Below, piece by piece: positions 26,386-39,869 of a stretch of DNA of 64,000 nt. This stretch comes from Psammoneis japonica (lineage: Eukaryota), in assembly GCA_008632985.1 (NCBI GenBank), contig QPGO01000002.1, positions 868,001-932,000 of the forward strand, read 5' to 3'. How positions within the stretch are numbered: the first letter of the stretch is position 1; each line of letters starts with the position of its first letter. The notes below the pieces were generated by a model, which worked only from the letters and a program-made list of their open reading frames with translations, had not been told where the DNA came from and did no database searches. Position numbers and translations under genes: made by a program.

Positions 26386-29300
26386 TTAATGTCCTTTCTG
26401 TCGTGCTGTCGACTCGTCAATCTGTTCTTCGGCGTCATCCTTGTTATTTTCTACTTGTTTGGCCATTATTCGGTCGACTTCTCCGTCGCGTCCTTCTTCA
26501 ACCAATTTCTCTATCTTGTTTATTTCCAGCCATGAGGCAAGCTCAGCAACGGTTAAGAACCCATCTTCGTTCTCGTCCTACCAATTCAAGTTCGCAGATA
26601 GAGAAAGGTAAATATAAGAACAGTGGAAACTACGTTGAGAAAATATGCGGTTGTTGTAACCTACCATGTGCGCTGCAATTTCCATGGCTTCTTCAGATGT
26701 CAGCTCGCGTTTCAGGACTTGCTGCAAGACGCTCGCCAATTCTTCTTGCGAGAGCATTCCGTCCATATCTTTGTCTAAAAAGTGAAGCTTATCACCGATT
26801 TTTACTTCCACGTCGGAAAGCTGGACCTCGATTTTCCCAACCATAGACTCAACTTTCGACTGCAGCCTCTTAATGGCCTTATCCAAGCGTTTGTCCTGGC
26901 TGGCATACTCTTCTTCAACATCTTTCTCCTCAGCTTCCTTTTCTTCTGAAGCAGCACCAACGTCATCAGTAGAAAAATGAGTAGTTTCGGCGGCTTCTTT
27001 TTCAACTTTTGCGTCTGATTCTGCGATCGCTTTCGGTACAGCTTCAGATATGACAGTCTCCACTATGGCGTCTCTAACTTTCTTCTCCAAGTCCTCGCCT
27101 CGTTTCCCCTCTTGCTCTTCGCCGCTTTCTTCGTTACTCTTCAATATCGCGTCTCTGATTCGCTGTAGCTCTTCCCGTTCGTTCCGGACAGGGTCGGGTG
27201 AAACCAACTGTGAAATTGCTTCCAGCTCCCCCGACGAAAGCAAGTCACGTTCTTCTTCTTTCTCCTCCTCCATCTTAATTTCCTCGTCCTTCGACTTGAT
27301 CTCTGGTGCGTCGTCTTTCTTCAAACTTTCTGGTTCCCTCGAAATCTTCACTGCAAACGTATCAGACGCCTCGACATTTTTCTGATCCTCTTCAGGAGCC
27401 ATGGCATCGGATTCTCCTGACGCACCATCTTCAACAGAGGCTTTCTCCTGTTGCTGCTCTTCCTTCTTCTTGGCAGCCGCGTCACGTTCCTTCTGTTCTT
27501 CGATAATCCGCTCGTTTTCTTTTTCCAAAACTACAAGTTTGAGTTTCATTACTTCTGGATCACTTTGTTTTTCTTGGGGTGTTGCGACCTCTAATACAAC
27601 CTCGTTGACAACATCCTTGTCCAAACCTGAAATGGCGTCTACCAATCCAGCTACGCTCTTGATGCCGTCGTCGTCCGTCGTCCGCACACCGGTGATTTCG
27701 TCGCGCAGGAAAAAGGTACGGCTCATGATTAACAACGATATTGGGACCTTTTGGTTTACACTGAGATCAAGCCACTGCTGCAGCGAGTTTTTGTACCCTT
27801 CTTTTGACAACCCAGTTGACCTCATTCCGCGCTCTCGGCATGCTTCGCGCAACTCCATTTTCGTCAGAGAATCAATACCTTCCCACAAAATCCGCTGGTC
27901 GTCTTCCTTCAGCGTTCGTATCCGGTTCCGCAATTGAAATCGAAGAAAGGAATCAGCACCATAGGGAGGGATAGACATGTACTTGCACATGTTGATGAGC
28001 TGCATTCTGGGCATGTTATCCAGTGTCAAGTCATCGTGAAAATGCGTAGCAAATCGAATGATCACATCTGGTGGGATCATTTCGCCCTTTCGCGCCTTTT
28101 CTAAAAATTCAATCATGGACGATGCTGATTCCTCTTGTTGTATGGCTAACGAGTCTTGCGTGCCATCGCCTTCGCCTTCCTCTTTCTTTTCCTTTTTTCG
28201 AAGCTTTTCGGCCTGCTTCTTTTGCTCCTTGGCTAAATCACTTAATGTTCTGAAAAGGAGAATCAGTTGAAAGGCGTGTGAGTACAAAGAGGAACGAGAA
28301 ACCGCACACACAAAGCCCCATACGTACTCTTGAAAGAACTGAGCCATTGCAATTCTCGACTGTAATTCACGCTTCATATTCTCTTCTGCCTTTAACGAGT
28401 CTTGAAAGGTACTCGGTAGCATGTTGGGAAAGATGCGCAAGGCGAACGGCAAAGCAAATTCCATAAAGGGGATGAGGACAAACATGCTCATGGGTACCAA
28501 TCGGAACAGGTCAGCCACGGTACGGAGCAATTGCTTGCGCTCACGGCGTGTCAAGGGACTACCCTGCAGTGTCCGCCCAAGCATTTGACGTGCTGTCCTC
28601 AAGTCAGCGTACAGTAACTAGAGAAAGAGAGAGAATCAACAATGCAGGATATAAGAGTGTGCGTGTCAACGGAGGACCAACTTTATGACATTGCAGACAT
28701 ACCTTGGTCCCCATCCAGTAGTGGTTCGCTTCCTTCTTTGCAGCTTCACCAAGTTCCCTGATTCGATCCCGCAGTGCACGGGGATGGGTCAAGTAGAAAA
28801 ACATGACACCCGGCAGTCGGATGAAGAAACTGGTAATCATCTTGACTGCAGAAATGAGACCCTCCTGGACCTTTTGTCCCATACTCTTTTCAATGGCTGG
28901 CAATGAGTGAGGAGATGGCTCGGGCGACGCCTCCTTTTTGATTTCTTTCGAAGCAGACGGCTCCTTTGGTTCTGATACTTTTTGCTTTTCATCGTCGAGT
29001 TTGGGACTGGCACTGGTTGAAAAGGCCACGTTGATCATTGGATTGTGTCGAGCAAATATTGGAGAGGAAGGACGGAAAACGGTTGCAGATTTCAGAAGAG
29101 GGTTTTCTGGATATAAAAATGGAGACCTGCCTGTATTACTCTTGAAGCCTGGTTGCCATAAGCTGCTGTGGCGCAATTCAGATCTACTTCTGATCCGCGG
29201 GTAAGTATCGTGTGGCAGACAGAGTTCGCCGGGAGTTTGTCGATCTTTCAACGACTTTTCGCTGTCGAGAGTTGTTGCAGAGGACAGCGTATTCCATAGC

Positions 29301-29419
29301 TGGTTTGTACTCGGAACATGCACACGACGAGTGCCAACAGGTCGTCCAAAAAGGTGATCTACTTGTTTCACATTCCTTCTTCGCGTGAAACTACCGATCG
29401 CACGTCTCGTTGCGAGCAT
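26386..29419 (-). CDS. LETM1: LETM1/Mdm38-like mitochondrial inner-membrane protein with two C-terminal EF-hands; introns 28702..28618, 28327..28250, 26664..26578
   Basis: HYWMGTKLLYADLR, LTRRERKQLLRTVADLFRLVP, IPFMEFALPFALRIFPNMLPSTF, DDQRILWEGIDSL..ELREACRERGM; EF-hands DKDMDGMLSQEE and DENEDGFLTVAE; basic N-terminal presequence. Confidence 0.92.
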
Positions 29420-30030
29420 CCTGTTAGTTGCTCTTCTTTTCTGAGAAATCTTGGTGCTCTCCCTATTTTCAGCTAGTTTTCACTACACGTAGATAAATCT
29501 CGTCGTCGCGGTGTCATCAATGGCGTTTGGTTCAATGCATGTACCACTTCATTGGCAACAAACAAACCCAACAGAGCATGGAAGAAAGATTTCTCAGATT
29601 TGCCGTTGAATGTTCGATTTTGATCTGCCACCTCATCAGTTTGGGATTCCCTCTGTCGTAAAACCTCGTAGCTTTTCTACGAATGAGATGGAATCCCTGT
29701 AGTACGACTGACGAAAACACGTCGATGTTTCACACACAGACAAAATGACATACGCTGACGTCACGAAAGAAGCGCAGTGCCGGTTAGAGGACAGACGTCA
29801 GCCTTGCGCTCCTTGCATGCATTGTCTTTATCATTGTTGTTCTTGGCCGCAGCAGTCTTCTTCGAAGACCGGTTCTTTGTTGTCTCGTGTGCAGAAAGTG
29901 CCTCGTCAATTCTGCTGGCAGCATCCTTTGCGAACGTTGCTTTCTTCTTCTTTGGGTGACCATGGCATTTCTTTTTTGAGCATTTTGGGAGGCTTCAAAG
30001 GTGGCGGCACCCCATGGCTGATCTCTGAAA

Positions 30031-30151
30031 GAGAAACGAGGTGCCAAATCTTGGTGGCATCCTGCACAAAAGTCAGTGTTGTTTCTGCATGAGAAATGAG
30101 GCACCAAAATCTTGATGGCATCCTGTGCAGAAATCAGTGCTGCATCTGTGT
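30031..30151. repeat. Degenerate 60-bp tandem duplication
   Basis: gagaaacgaggtgccaaatcttggtggcatcctgcac.. vs gagaaatgaggcaccaaaatcttgatggcatcctgtgc.. Confidence 0.85.
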
Positions 30152-30172
30152 GTGACAAAAACATTGACTCAA

Positions 30173-30670
30173 CCCTTCAACCACCGGACTTGAGCAAATC
30201 TCCACGGGTGAACATTTGCTCCCTTGCATCACAAATGCAGCAAATGAAGCAATTTCAGACATGCACAATGTCTCACTTGCACAATTTTGTTTTGGAATGT
30301 GCACGGGCCAAAAATCTGGGGAACCCTTTTTGCAATTTAGAAAGTTCAATGTCGACTTTTAACACCGGGTTTTTTGCAAGCTCCATCTGTGAACAGAGAG
30401 GAACTGAATCTCAACCTGCAACAATTCAGGTTGTCATGAATTGCTGTCACAAACAGAGCAACAATGCCACTGCCTTGGAGCAAATCTCTGCCAGCAGAGA
30501 TTTGCTCCCAACAAGCAAATGCACGTGGCATGCTTTGCACAGATTCTGCACGATGCGACATTTTTTATGCTGCGCACATTGTGTCACTGTAAAAGTCCAA
30601 TGACATGCCACAAATCCTCAAGCAGAGCAAATCTTCACCCATGGAGATTTGCTCCCTGGTGGTTGAAGGG
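30173..30670. mobile_element. piggyBac-like MITE (~500 bp) with mutated TTAA target-site duplication
   Basis: Ends CCCTTCAACCACC...GGTGGTTGAAGGG; ~50-bp imperfect TIRs; flanks TCAA (30169-72) and TTGA (30671-74). Confidence 0.75.
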
Positions 30671-32248
30671 TTGACATGTGGCATCAATCCTGTCAACAGC
30701 CGTGAGGAAACAGTTTTTGAGGGACACAAAATGACAACAACATGGAATTTTGGAGTCGGCTTTGCTTTTGTGAATGTTGAAGGTGTTTGTGTGGAATCAT
30801 TCATGCCCCCCCCCCCCCCTCTCACATTGGTGCACGACCAAATGCACTGGGGGTTGTGGTGTGTGTGCTGCTGGAAATCTCTCTGGCATCCTCACAAAAA
30901 AGAGCAAGAAAAATGACACGTGCCCAACAAGGAAAAAGGCAAGACACAAGGGAAGGTTTGGTGCAAGAGCCCCCCTTGCGTTCATGATGAAAATGGACAA
31001 AGTCACCCACACACTTGGTCGTCAGTGTGTTGACTCTTTCAATGATGTGTGGAGAGATGCCAAAATGAGAGTGACAAAAAATTTTGCATGTGGGAACTCC
31101 ATTGCACACAGCATTTGTGGTTGAGAAATTTGGATTTTGAGACATGACAAGGGCTCAAGCCCAGAGCTTGAAATGTTCAAATTGATGTGAAACCTCTCTG
31201 TTTCAAGAACAAGGGTGTGGCCATGCAAACTCTGTCTGGCACAAGCCCAAAAAATGTGAGGCTTGGACTGGGGCTAAGAGAGCTTTTTGCAGGCAATCAG
31301 AGCATTGCAAGGTGCAGAACCAGCATGTTGCTCAAGCCCAGCTTGCTGTCATTTGCACCAGCTGTGTTTTTGTGCTCAAGGGGTCTGAGTCACACAGCCA
31401 AGATTGAAAAGCTGTCAGGACCACAAGAAGAGGAAGAAATTCTGTTCATTCATTCAAGAGAGAGCATCAAGCAGCTCCACCTCAGCCACTTGCATTTTCT
31501 TGTTTGTCACATTTGATGGAAAACTGGCTTTGCCAACATGTTGTTAATTTGTTTCAGAGAGAAAGAGAAAAGAGAGTGAGAGAAACAGAGAGAGAGAGAG
31601 TTCAATTTCTGCTGCATGAGACTCACTGCAGCAATCCTCTTTGGCAGGATGGGCAGACTCCCTCACCTGGTGAGACAGGTGCTCAGTGCAAGCAGAAAAA
31701 AGCACAGCACAGACAGTTTTTGTGTCCAGGGAATCTTCTGACAGTGGTCACGCAACTTTCCCCTTCCCTCACTGTCACTTGATCTGGTGCCCCAGTGGTG
31801 ATCTTTGATGAGCAATGTCATCATTGCACATTGTCAAGGGGAGGGTGCCATCGATCCTGATTGCGGTGTGCTGGAGAGGCTCACACCCAGTGAAACAGAC
31901 GCAGAGGAGACAGACATAGATGGTTTTTGAGTCGAGGGAATCCGAAAGTAATCACTCCTCCCCTTATTGTTCCTCTCGATCCAATGCTTGCCACTCCAGC
32001 AGTCTTCGTTTCATTGGTTGTAGCCGATGCCATGTCCTGAAACTCACTTGCAAAGTAACCAAGGTATTTCACACTTGCAACCTACTGTTTGGCCTACGAA
32101 TTTCGTGTCTTTCACTTCATGGGGACCTGTCCGTGAAATAAACGTAGCTCATACTTTGATTTGGTTTTGTACGCTAGAATTTTATTATGATTTGCTTTCT
32201 ATTCTTGTTAAAATGCCATGCTCTCCCTCACAAGCATGTTAAATGAAA

Positions 32249-35200
32249 TTAGTACCCATACTCGTGCCTTCGTTGATCATAGTACTGTCTTACTGAGGCA
32301 CGATTAGCAGATGCGGACCTTCCCCTCGAACTTGGACGTGCCGCCAATTCATTGCGATAATGGCGAGAACTGGATGACTCATGACGATGGCGCCGATGGC
32401 TCATGTCGTTTCCTGACGAAGAATGCATGGCCCTGCTTCTACTATAGCGCGCCGCTTCTCTTTCAGACAAAAGGGGGCTGCGCGAACGATGGTGCACATG
32501 GCGACAGTCCGCAGCAAAACTTTCATCTCCTGGAATCGATGGCTCTGAGAAGAAGTAACGACCCCCTTTCCGGGGACTGGATCTCGTTGGGGCGATACGG
32601 TCAAAAGTGCTCCTCGACAGTCCGCGTCTCTCCAGGTAGTCGTCCACCCTTTTGTCTTTCAGACGATGAATGCCCGCATTGACCCAGGCTTCTTCCAGAC
32701 TCAACTCATCAGCAAGCCGCTTGGGGTTGTACCTCTTGTCGTATCGAGTACGATTCAAGATGGTAGGTGTGGTAAAACCGGACATTTCACTCACATCGTC
32801 GCATGCAGTAATTCCAACAGAATCAGTGGGTCGGTGTTCATATTGGGAATAGCGAAGGGATTCATACCCGTGTCTGTCGTCCCGACCGCGAGGAGCACTC
32901 TTGGAGCGGCCATACTCATGTTCTCGTCCACTTGAACGGTGTCGTGGGTTGCTTTGAGATCTCTCTCTGGCCGAACGCTCCTTCCTTTGTTCTCGCACCG
33001 CTTCCTTGGCCCGTAGTCCAGGAGGATCGCCATCACGAATGACTGATTCCTCCGAAGGGGGCGGGTCGATGTATCTACTACCTCTGCTACTAGTCCGTTC
33101 TCGTTGAGGTGCATAGCTGCCACGTTGCAGCCTTCCAGCTGACTTGGATCGCCGTTCACCGGGAGAGATAACTTCCAATTCGTAACCAGTCTTGCGTCGT
33201 CTCTTCTCCCTCGTGGATCGCTTTTCCAAATGACGCCGGACTTCGCGATCTACTTCGGATTTCACCATGACAAAGAAACGAGTAATAATAAGCGCGGCGG
33301 TGTTTTCGGACATTGATATGGCAGCCGTTTTGACCATCATATTCGAGAAACTGAGTTCGCGAGCTTCCTTCTTGGCTAGCATACCACGAGCGACTGTTTG
33401 CAGCACAATCGCGCAACCGAGTTTCATATCCGACTTGTTCCTCGCAAGATACCCACGGACATGTGCCTGGATCCTAATGCACTCAAACTTCATAATGATG
33501 AAATGGCTGCACTGCCAAAAGCCTCGCCATGTTTTCTGAATAGCAGTTGCAGAGGATTCCCACATTCGACCTCTACGCACGTTATAAGAACGCCAGGCTT
33601 TCTGTATCTTTCTTGCCGCCTCGTGCGTGGCAAGAATCGACAAAGCTCTATTAAGCGCCAATCGTCTGCGAACCACGCTCTGAAACAGACAGAACCAAGG
33701 CACGACAGAGATAAGTCAGAGAACTTTGTTTCGAGAAGGTTCTGGAACGTTGCATTGACTTACCTGTACAACAATGATGCTGTAGAGGGCATACAAGAAA
33801 TTCATTCGACCGATGTAGCTCCTGAATCTGGACTGAATGGCAGTCGCAGCATTGTTGATTCTCTCAACTTCTTGTTGCTTCCTATATCGTAGAATAGCAC
33901 AATAGCCCCTCCACGATGCCTGAATAGACGTAGCAGCACGATGATGCTTCCTAAGATGCAGCTCCTTAATTGCTGCGCGACGACGAACAAGGCTCTGTAC
34001 AACTATCACGCCAAGGAGATCAAGCTTGTATCGTATGTGAGTGCAATAACCCCGCCACGATGCCTGAATAGAGCTAGCAGCACGTTCCAGCTTCACCCAT
34101 TCCCTCACTTGGTGGCCTCTCACAACTCTCTGAATTTCTCTGGCACAGAAAAACTTCTCGTCGAGAGAATCCCGTGCGGCCCATCCTCTAAATACAGCTT
34201 GGATCTTGCAAGCAGCCGTGTCACGAAAATTCTTCTTACGAACAACACAACCTCTGAGAAATGCCTGGATGTCAATGGCAGCAAACATGCGAGCAAGAGT
34301 TATTCGAGCTAGAAAGCACCTAACAGCCGTTTGAAGACGAACAATTGACTGAGCCCTCAATCGTTCATTCCAAATCTCGTTCGCTAGCCCTCGTGCCAAC
34401 GAGCCTCTGAATGCCGATTGGATTTTCAAACACGAACGTGCATGTTCAAATTCTATCCGAGCCAGTCTTCCTCGAAACATCTTCTGAATCCTCAACGCAG
34501 CAGCAACGAACGAATAAGATGCTCGAGTGACGGATCCACGAAAGATGGACTGAATCTTTTGGCAGCAAAGACATTCGCCATTTGAAAGCTTCGCACTTCC
34601 AACGACGAAAGACACACTGAATCTCAACAAGAGCCCACATTCTATCAACCGCTTCCTTTCTCGCAAGGTATCGACGGATTTGAGCTTGAATCGGAATTGC
34701 GGATTTTGAAAGAAGACGCACTCCTGCTCGTTGAATGGGATCCTTGATGTTATGAGAGTTGATCTAGGATTAGCAAAAGAGAAAGAACACCAGTCAGAAA
34801 ACTGATAGAAAATGCTCAGAAGCGCAACATTCATAAAAAGGCTTACCATTTCGTAACTAGAAGTTCTTCTAGACATTTCCAGACGTCGCTTCTCTTCATG
34901 CGATACCCAGCGTTCGTATGATACGGAATCATCTGTCCCTTTGTTGCGAGCTTTCAATGTCAATCCGTATGCAACCGACAATGAATCTACTCGTTGTGGT
35001 AGCACTGGTTCCTTGCTGCTCGTTATCCGAAGACCAAGATTGATTTGTCGCGCCTGGTCTCTCAACGATTTTGCCTCTGCTCTCGCAACGTCAAGTCTTT
35101 TCCGTGCATCCAGTTTCTTGGCTTCTTCCTTTACGCGTTGCACCTGGTGTTCCTTCATCCTCCTGGCGATTCCCGCAGCTTCAGCCTTTGCTCGAGCGGT

Positions 35201-37397
35201 TTCCTTTTCTTGCTGGCGGGCTTTCGCCAGTGCTTTCTCTCTTGTTCGAGCCGCTTCCTCTTCCTTGATTCGAGCCTCGACTTCCATGGCTTCTAGTCTC
35301 AACGAACAACATCTTTCTTGATGCTGCGGGCCATCTCGTTTGTGCTTGGTTCTTGAGCAGCCAAATGTTTTGGTCGTTTGGATAACGCACCCTTTCTCCT
35401 GGTTCGGGATGAAACCGACGATCCTTGAAGCGAGCTGTCACTGGACGCGGTCCTTGTCAATTTGGGGCTGCTTTCTTGTTCTCCAGCGGTCCTTCGAGCT
35501 TTCAGCTTCTTGAGCTTCGCCAAATACGATGCGCTAGTCAAGGCGGGAGCGGTCTCTTTTGATGATGGTGATGCAGTGGGTGCTGATTTCGGTTTGGGTA
35601 TACTCATCAACATTTCTGGGAGAGGTCCTTTCAGCTTTCTAGACACGGGCGGAATGTGATAAGCCGGTCGCTGACTGGTCAGTGCCAACGACGACCGCGG
35701 CTCTTCTTCAATACTGCCGGCACTAAAAGAAGAGTCAATGCCCATCGGTGCACTGCTGAAGGAAGAGTCAAAGGTCATTGGAGCCGTCAACTGTTCCCCG
35801 AGTCAGATGACAGCAAACTCTTTTTCAAAGAATGAGGTTTGAAGGTGATCTCAACCTTCTTTTTCTGGGAAGAACGCCATTCATCTTCTTCCAGGAAGAA
35901 CCGCTAAGCATACTTGTGTTGTCGAGACTACCACCCATCTTCACGCGGTGCTTAGCTTCTGCTGAATTCTCCTCATCGCTACTCGAATCGTCAGTGTCCA
36001 TACCAACAATGTCAATCCCAGGATCTGACGCTGTACCATTGTCGTGATCGCAGCTTGAGTCGTCGGCATCGATATCTACAATATCCAGACCCGGATCAGA
36101 CACGTTGTAATCATCGCGGTCGTCAAACTTGGTAGAATCGAAAGCTCCAACATCATCCCTAAAGACACCACTCTCTTGGCCCTCAAATGCAGAAAGTTTT
36201 GAGGTTTTTTCGCTCTTGCTGTGCTTCTCTTTCTTGGGTGTTCGCGGTGGCGGCGGGGGAGGAGGAGGCACCATGAAATCAAATGGTACCTCCTCCATAG
36301 CATGCACTTCGTTTCCCAATGGCTCTTGAGTTGATTGGGCTCCTTCATCTTTCAATGGACCGGAAAGATCGCTGTCCTCATCTTGCGAAATGGCTGGAGC
36401 ATCGTATACTTGTCCATCAAAGACAAAAGGCTTACTAGCATTGGGTGAAACCAATTCGTTTTCAAAATTCCGGGGAGAAAACTTTTGTTGAATCAAGTCC
36501 AACTCGTCATCGTCCCCCACAATGACTTTTCTATTCAACTGCGGCGGAGGTTGGGCGAGTGTCTCCTCTTGCGTAAAATTAGGATGAATCAGTGTTGGCG
36601 AGCCACGGGAGATTTTCTTGACTCTTGTGGAGTACCCAACATCATGGAGAGTTGGGCTGGTGTTTGTCCTTGGATCGCTTCAGAATCTTTTTCAAAAAGT
36701 TACGTTTGGGAGTGCCTAGTTCCGTACTTTTCTTCTTTTTCTTTTTGCCCTTCTTGTTGGAAACCTGGGGCGTCGCCTCGACCCGATCTGCCGCCTGATT
36801 GCTCCACTGTACGGTATCCGCGTCGCTGTAGATACTCCTCGTAGACAGCGTCGCTCTCCGGTTAGAATTCCTTTCTGGATTCCTACTCGTCGAGAGTGGA
36901 GCTGCGTCAATACGTCTCAAGTCAGAATCATCGTCCCAATTGGAACTCCAGTCACTGCTATCATTCGTACTGGAACGAATGGCATCGCTCTCATTCAAAG
37001 CAGGATGGACCCACTCATCCGAGTCATCCGAGTCGTCATGTCCCAATCTGTAGACAAACGAGTCCACGCCATCGTCAAACGATGGTTTTTCCTCAGGAGG
37101 CGACAGCTTGGGAGAAGATATCTTTTGCTCTTTGCTTACCACAACTACTTCTTCTTGTTGCTGTTGTTGATTCTCTTCGTCTTCTCCAACCATGTGTGTG
37201 CTTTCATAAATCTCCATGGCTGCACGACGACGTTCCTCGACAATGTCTCGAAGAGGTTTCTTCCTTTTTTGTGTCTTTGGAGACTGCCGTGTTACAATTG
37301 GCGAAGGTGCTCGATTGCGTCCCTTTTTCGGAGGAGGAGCACCCGGGGGAGGTGGCGGTGGCGGTGCCGACAGGAGCGCGGGTGATATTGGAGCCAT
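32249..37397 (-). CDS. Large IQ-calmodulin-binding-repeat protein with Pro-rich/acidic N-terminus and Arg/Ser-rich C-terminus; introns near 34849..34768 and 33763..33680; several apparent frameshifts
   Basis: Many IQxxxRGxxxR motifs (KIQSAFRGSLAR, SIQASWRGYC, RIQAHVRGYLAR); five successive minus-strand ORFs that join across 1-bp shifts or introns. Confidence 0.8.
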
Positions 37398-38174
37398 TGT
37401 CGTTTCCTTGTTGAAGCAGCAGTTTTACACAAGAAAGTGTGGTCTTAACTGACAATCGAGACTGTTTCTTTTGCCAGCGAGGTCGAAAAGCCAATGTAAA
37501 TATCTTTTTCAATTTTTTTGTGAATGGATTTTAGTCTCGCAACGAATGGTTTTCACGCTCCTACAATTCTCTCACGATTTTGCTGTTCACGGACACTACC
37601 AAAAACCAATCTTGTGTGAACGATTTATTTCTGAACGACGGCGGCGAGTCGTCGTCCCATTGGCAGTTGTCCAAGAAGAATTATGTTCGTGTGGCGAGTG
37701 ACATTTCGTGAGCGAGTGCACGTCAACCTCGCCAAAGCCGATCAATACTAAAAAAATACGTGAAGATATTTACGTAGAGATATTACCAATCGTGCTGTGG
37801 AAAACAAACAAATGTTTCCTCTTTTTGGGTGATACAAGATTCTTGTATATATACAATCATATAGGGAAAGTGTTGATTTTAGATCAACGAATATGAATTC
37901 ATTTTATGGAAATCTTTTCCCGCCAGAAATCCTTAAATAATAGTGTATTTAAAATAGATAGGTAGCTTGTTAAAGATTTTAAAAAGTAAATAAATATGCT
38001 TAGAACCTTAAGACATATATTATTTTGAACGATGTCCGTTCATTTTTTTGCGCGCTCAGCAATGAATCGTGTGATTGCAACGGTGTCGGCCATGCTCTCA
38101 TTGCCGCCAAAGATGCAAGACATCACGACCGCAATCATAGTTCATGGAACTGATTTTTGATTGACGGCTATGCC

Positions 38175-39863
38175 ATGAGGAGACAATGTTGGAAACCTAT
38201 TGAACTATTGGTACTTTTCCTTTTGGTTGCAACAACAGGTCAAGACGCACCAAATATCGTAATTTTGTTTGCCGACAATTTGGGTTACAACGATGTGGGT
38301 ATTTTTGGATCGCCCACCGCCAAGACACCAAACATTGATCGGTTGGGGTACGAGGGCCTCAAGCTCAATAACTGGAATTCGGCCGCACACTTGTGTTCTG
38401 CCAGTCGAGCCACGCTCTTGACGGGAAAGTATGCGGTCCGCACGGGCGTGTACCCCGCTGTCTTTTGTCCCGGCGCACAGTACGGATTGATGCCGAAGGA
38501 AACGACATTGGCCGAGTACTTGAAGAAAGATGCGGGATATGCCACTAGTATCGTAGGCAAGTGGCATTTGGGTCATTTGCACGAGTATCTTCCCACCACG
38601 AGCCACGGCTTTGACGAATGGCTCGGCATTCCCTATCACATGTCGGGTGGATCGTTGGATCAACACGAATGTGGTTACGATGTCCATCGAACCATGTGGT
38701 TGCCACTGTACGAAAATGATGAAATCATACAACAGCCGGTACAAGTCCACGATTTAGCAAAACGGTATGCTGACAAGGCAACGGGGTTCATTTCGAAACA
38801 AGTATTGCAAGAAAAGAAACCATTCTTTCTGTACATGGCCTTTTCTCATGTACATCAACTGTGCGCGCCGAAGTTTGGATCCGAACAAAACACTTGTCAA
38901 TGGGCATCTGTAAAGAATGCAACTTTTGTGGATGCCGTTCAAGAAATGGATTGGATGGCGGGTGAAATACTAAATGCACTCGATGAAACGGGCGTCACCA
39001 ATGATACTTTGGTGCTGTTTACTAGTGACAATGGACCGTGGGTGGCGGAACAAATGTGCTCGGGATCCAAGGGTCCCTTTGAGGGGCGTTGGTTGCAACA
39101 GCACGTGGCCATGAATTGCACGGCTTGTCCACATGATTTTGTGCCAGACCCGACGCGGTCGCGACCACGGCGGTGCGTACTAAACACGACAACAACAAAC
39201 GACAACCCAATCCACGCCGTGGACGGTGTCCATTGCGGCGCCGACACGGGACTGGGAAGTGTCTGGGAAGCCAATGTACGACTGCCAGCCTTGGTGCGAT
39301 GGCCGAATCACGTTCCGGCGGCAACGGAAAGCATGGAGATGGTTTCCACGTTGGATGTCGTACCAACCGTACTGTCGCTTGTGAAACAGAAAATTCCGGC
39401 TGGTTTAGATGGACAGGATATATCCAATGTGTTGCTGGGAAGAAAGACAGAGACAACAAATACTACGACACGAACTCTCTTTTTTTGGCGTGATGGTTTT
39501 CAAGACGGCCCGTTGCCTCCACCCTATGGACGATTTGACGTGGTGGCTGTCAAGCACGGACGGATCAAGGCGTGGTTTTACACCAAGAGCGCACACTACA
39601 ATGCCGATGTGGAGGTCCATCACGATCCACCCCTCTTGTTTGATATTTTGGCCGATCCTGCGGAAGCACATCCACTCGATCCGGCGCATCACGAGGCACT
39701 CATTGCCTTGATTTACAAAGCCGTCGAGCAACACAAGGCGTCGGTGGATTGGACGTTTCCTCTTGCGTTGGCACAAGATCCAAAGAATATCCCATGTGTT
39801 GATCGAGAGACGTCGTGTCGAACCTCTCAAGACAGGGATACCGTTGACCTTGCCGAGGAGTAG
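38175..39863 (+). CDS. Arylsulfatase (family S1, ARSA/ARSG-like), secreted or lysosomal
   Basis: Signal peptide, PNIVILFADNLGY, LCSASRATLLTG, GKWHLG, HGFDEWLG, FTSDNGP, PPLLFD. Confidence 0.92.
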   Translation: MRRQCWKPIELLVLFLLVATTGQDAPNIVILFADNLGYNDVGIFGSPTAKTPNIDRLGYEGLKLNNWNSAAHLCSASRATLLTGKYAVRTGVYPAVFCPGAQYGLMPKETTLAEYLKKDAGYATSIVGKWHLGHLHEYLPTTSHGFDEWLGIPYHMSGGSLDQHECGYDVHRTMWLPLYENDEIIQQPVQVHDLAKRYADKATGFISKQVLQEKKPFFLYMAFSHVHQLCAPKFGSEQNTCQWASVKNATFVDAVQEMDWMAGEILNALDETGVTNDTLVLFTSDNGPWVAEQMCSGSKGPFEGRWLQQHVAMNCTACPHDFVPDPTRSRPRRCVLNTTTTNDNPIHAVDGVHCGADTGLGSVWEANVRLPALVRWPNHVPAATESMEMVSTLDVVPTVLSLVKQKIPAGLDGQDISNVLLGRKTETTNTTTRTLFFWRDGFQDGPLPPPYGRFDVVAVKHGRIKAWFYTKSAHYNADVEVHHDPPLLFDILADPAEAHPLDPAHHEALIALIYKAVEQHKASVDWTFPLALAQDPKNIPCVDRETSCRTSQDRDTVDLAEE

Positions 39864-39869
39864 ACAAAT

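Larger units (their letters stand above)
29790..31900. mobile_element. TpA-depleted island D (nested transposon remnants)
   Basis: TA loss with CA/TG excess; contains a tandem duplication, a piggyBac-like MITE, a C-run (~30805-30819) and a GA microsatellite (~31556-31600). Confidence 0.7.
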
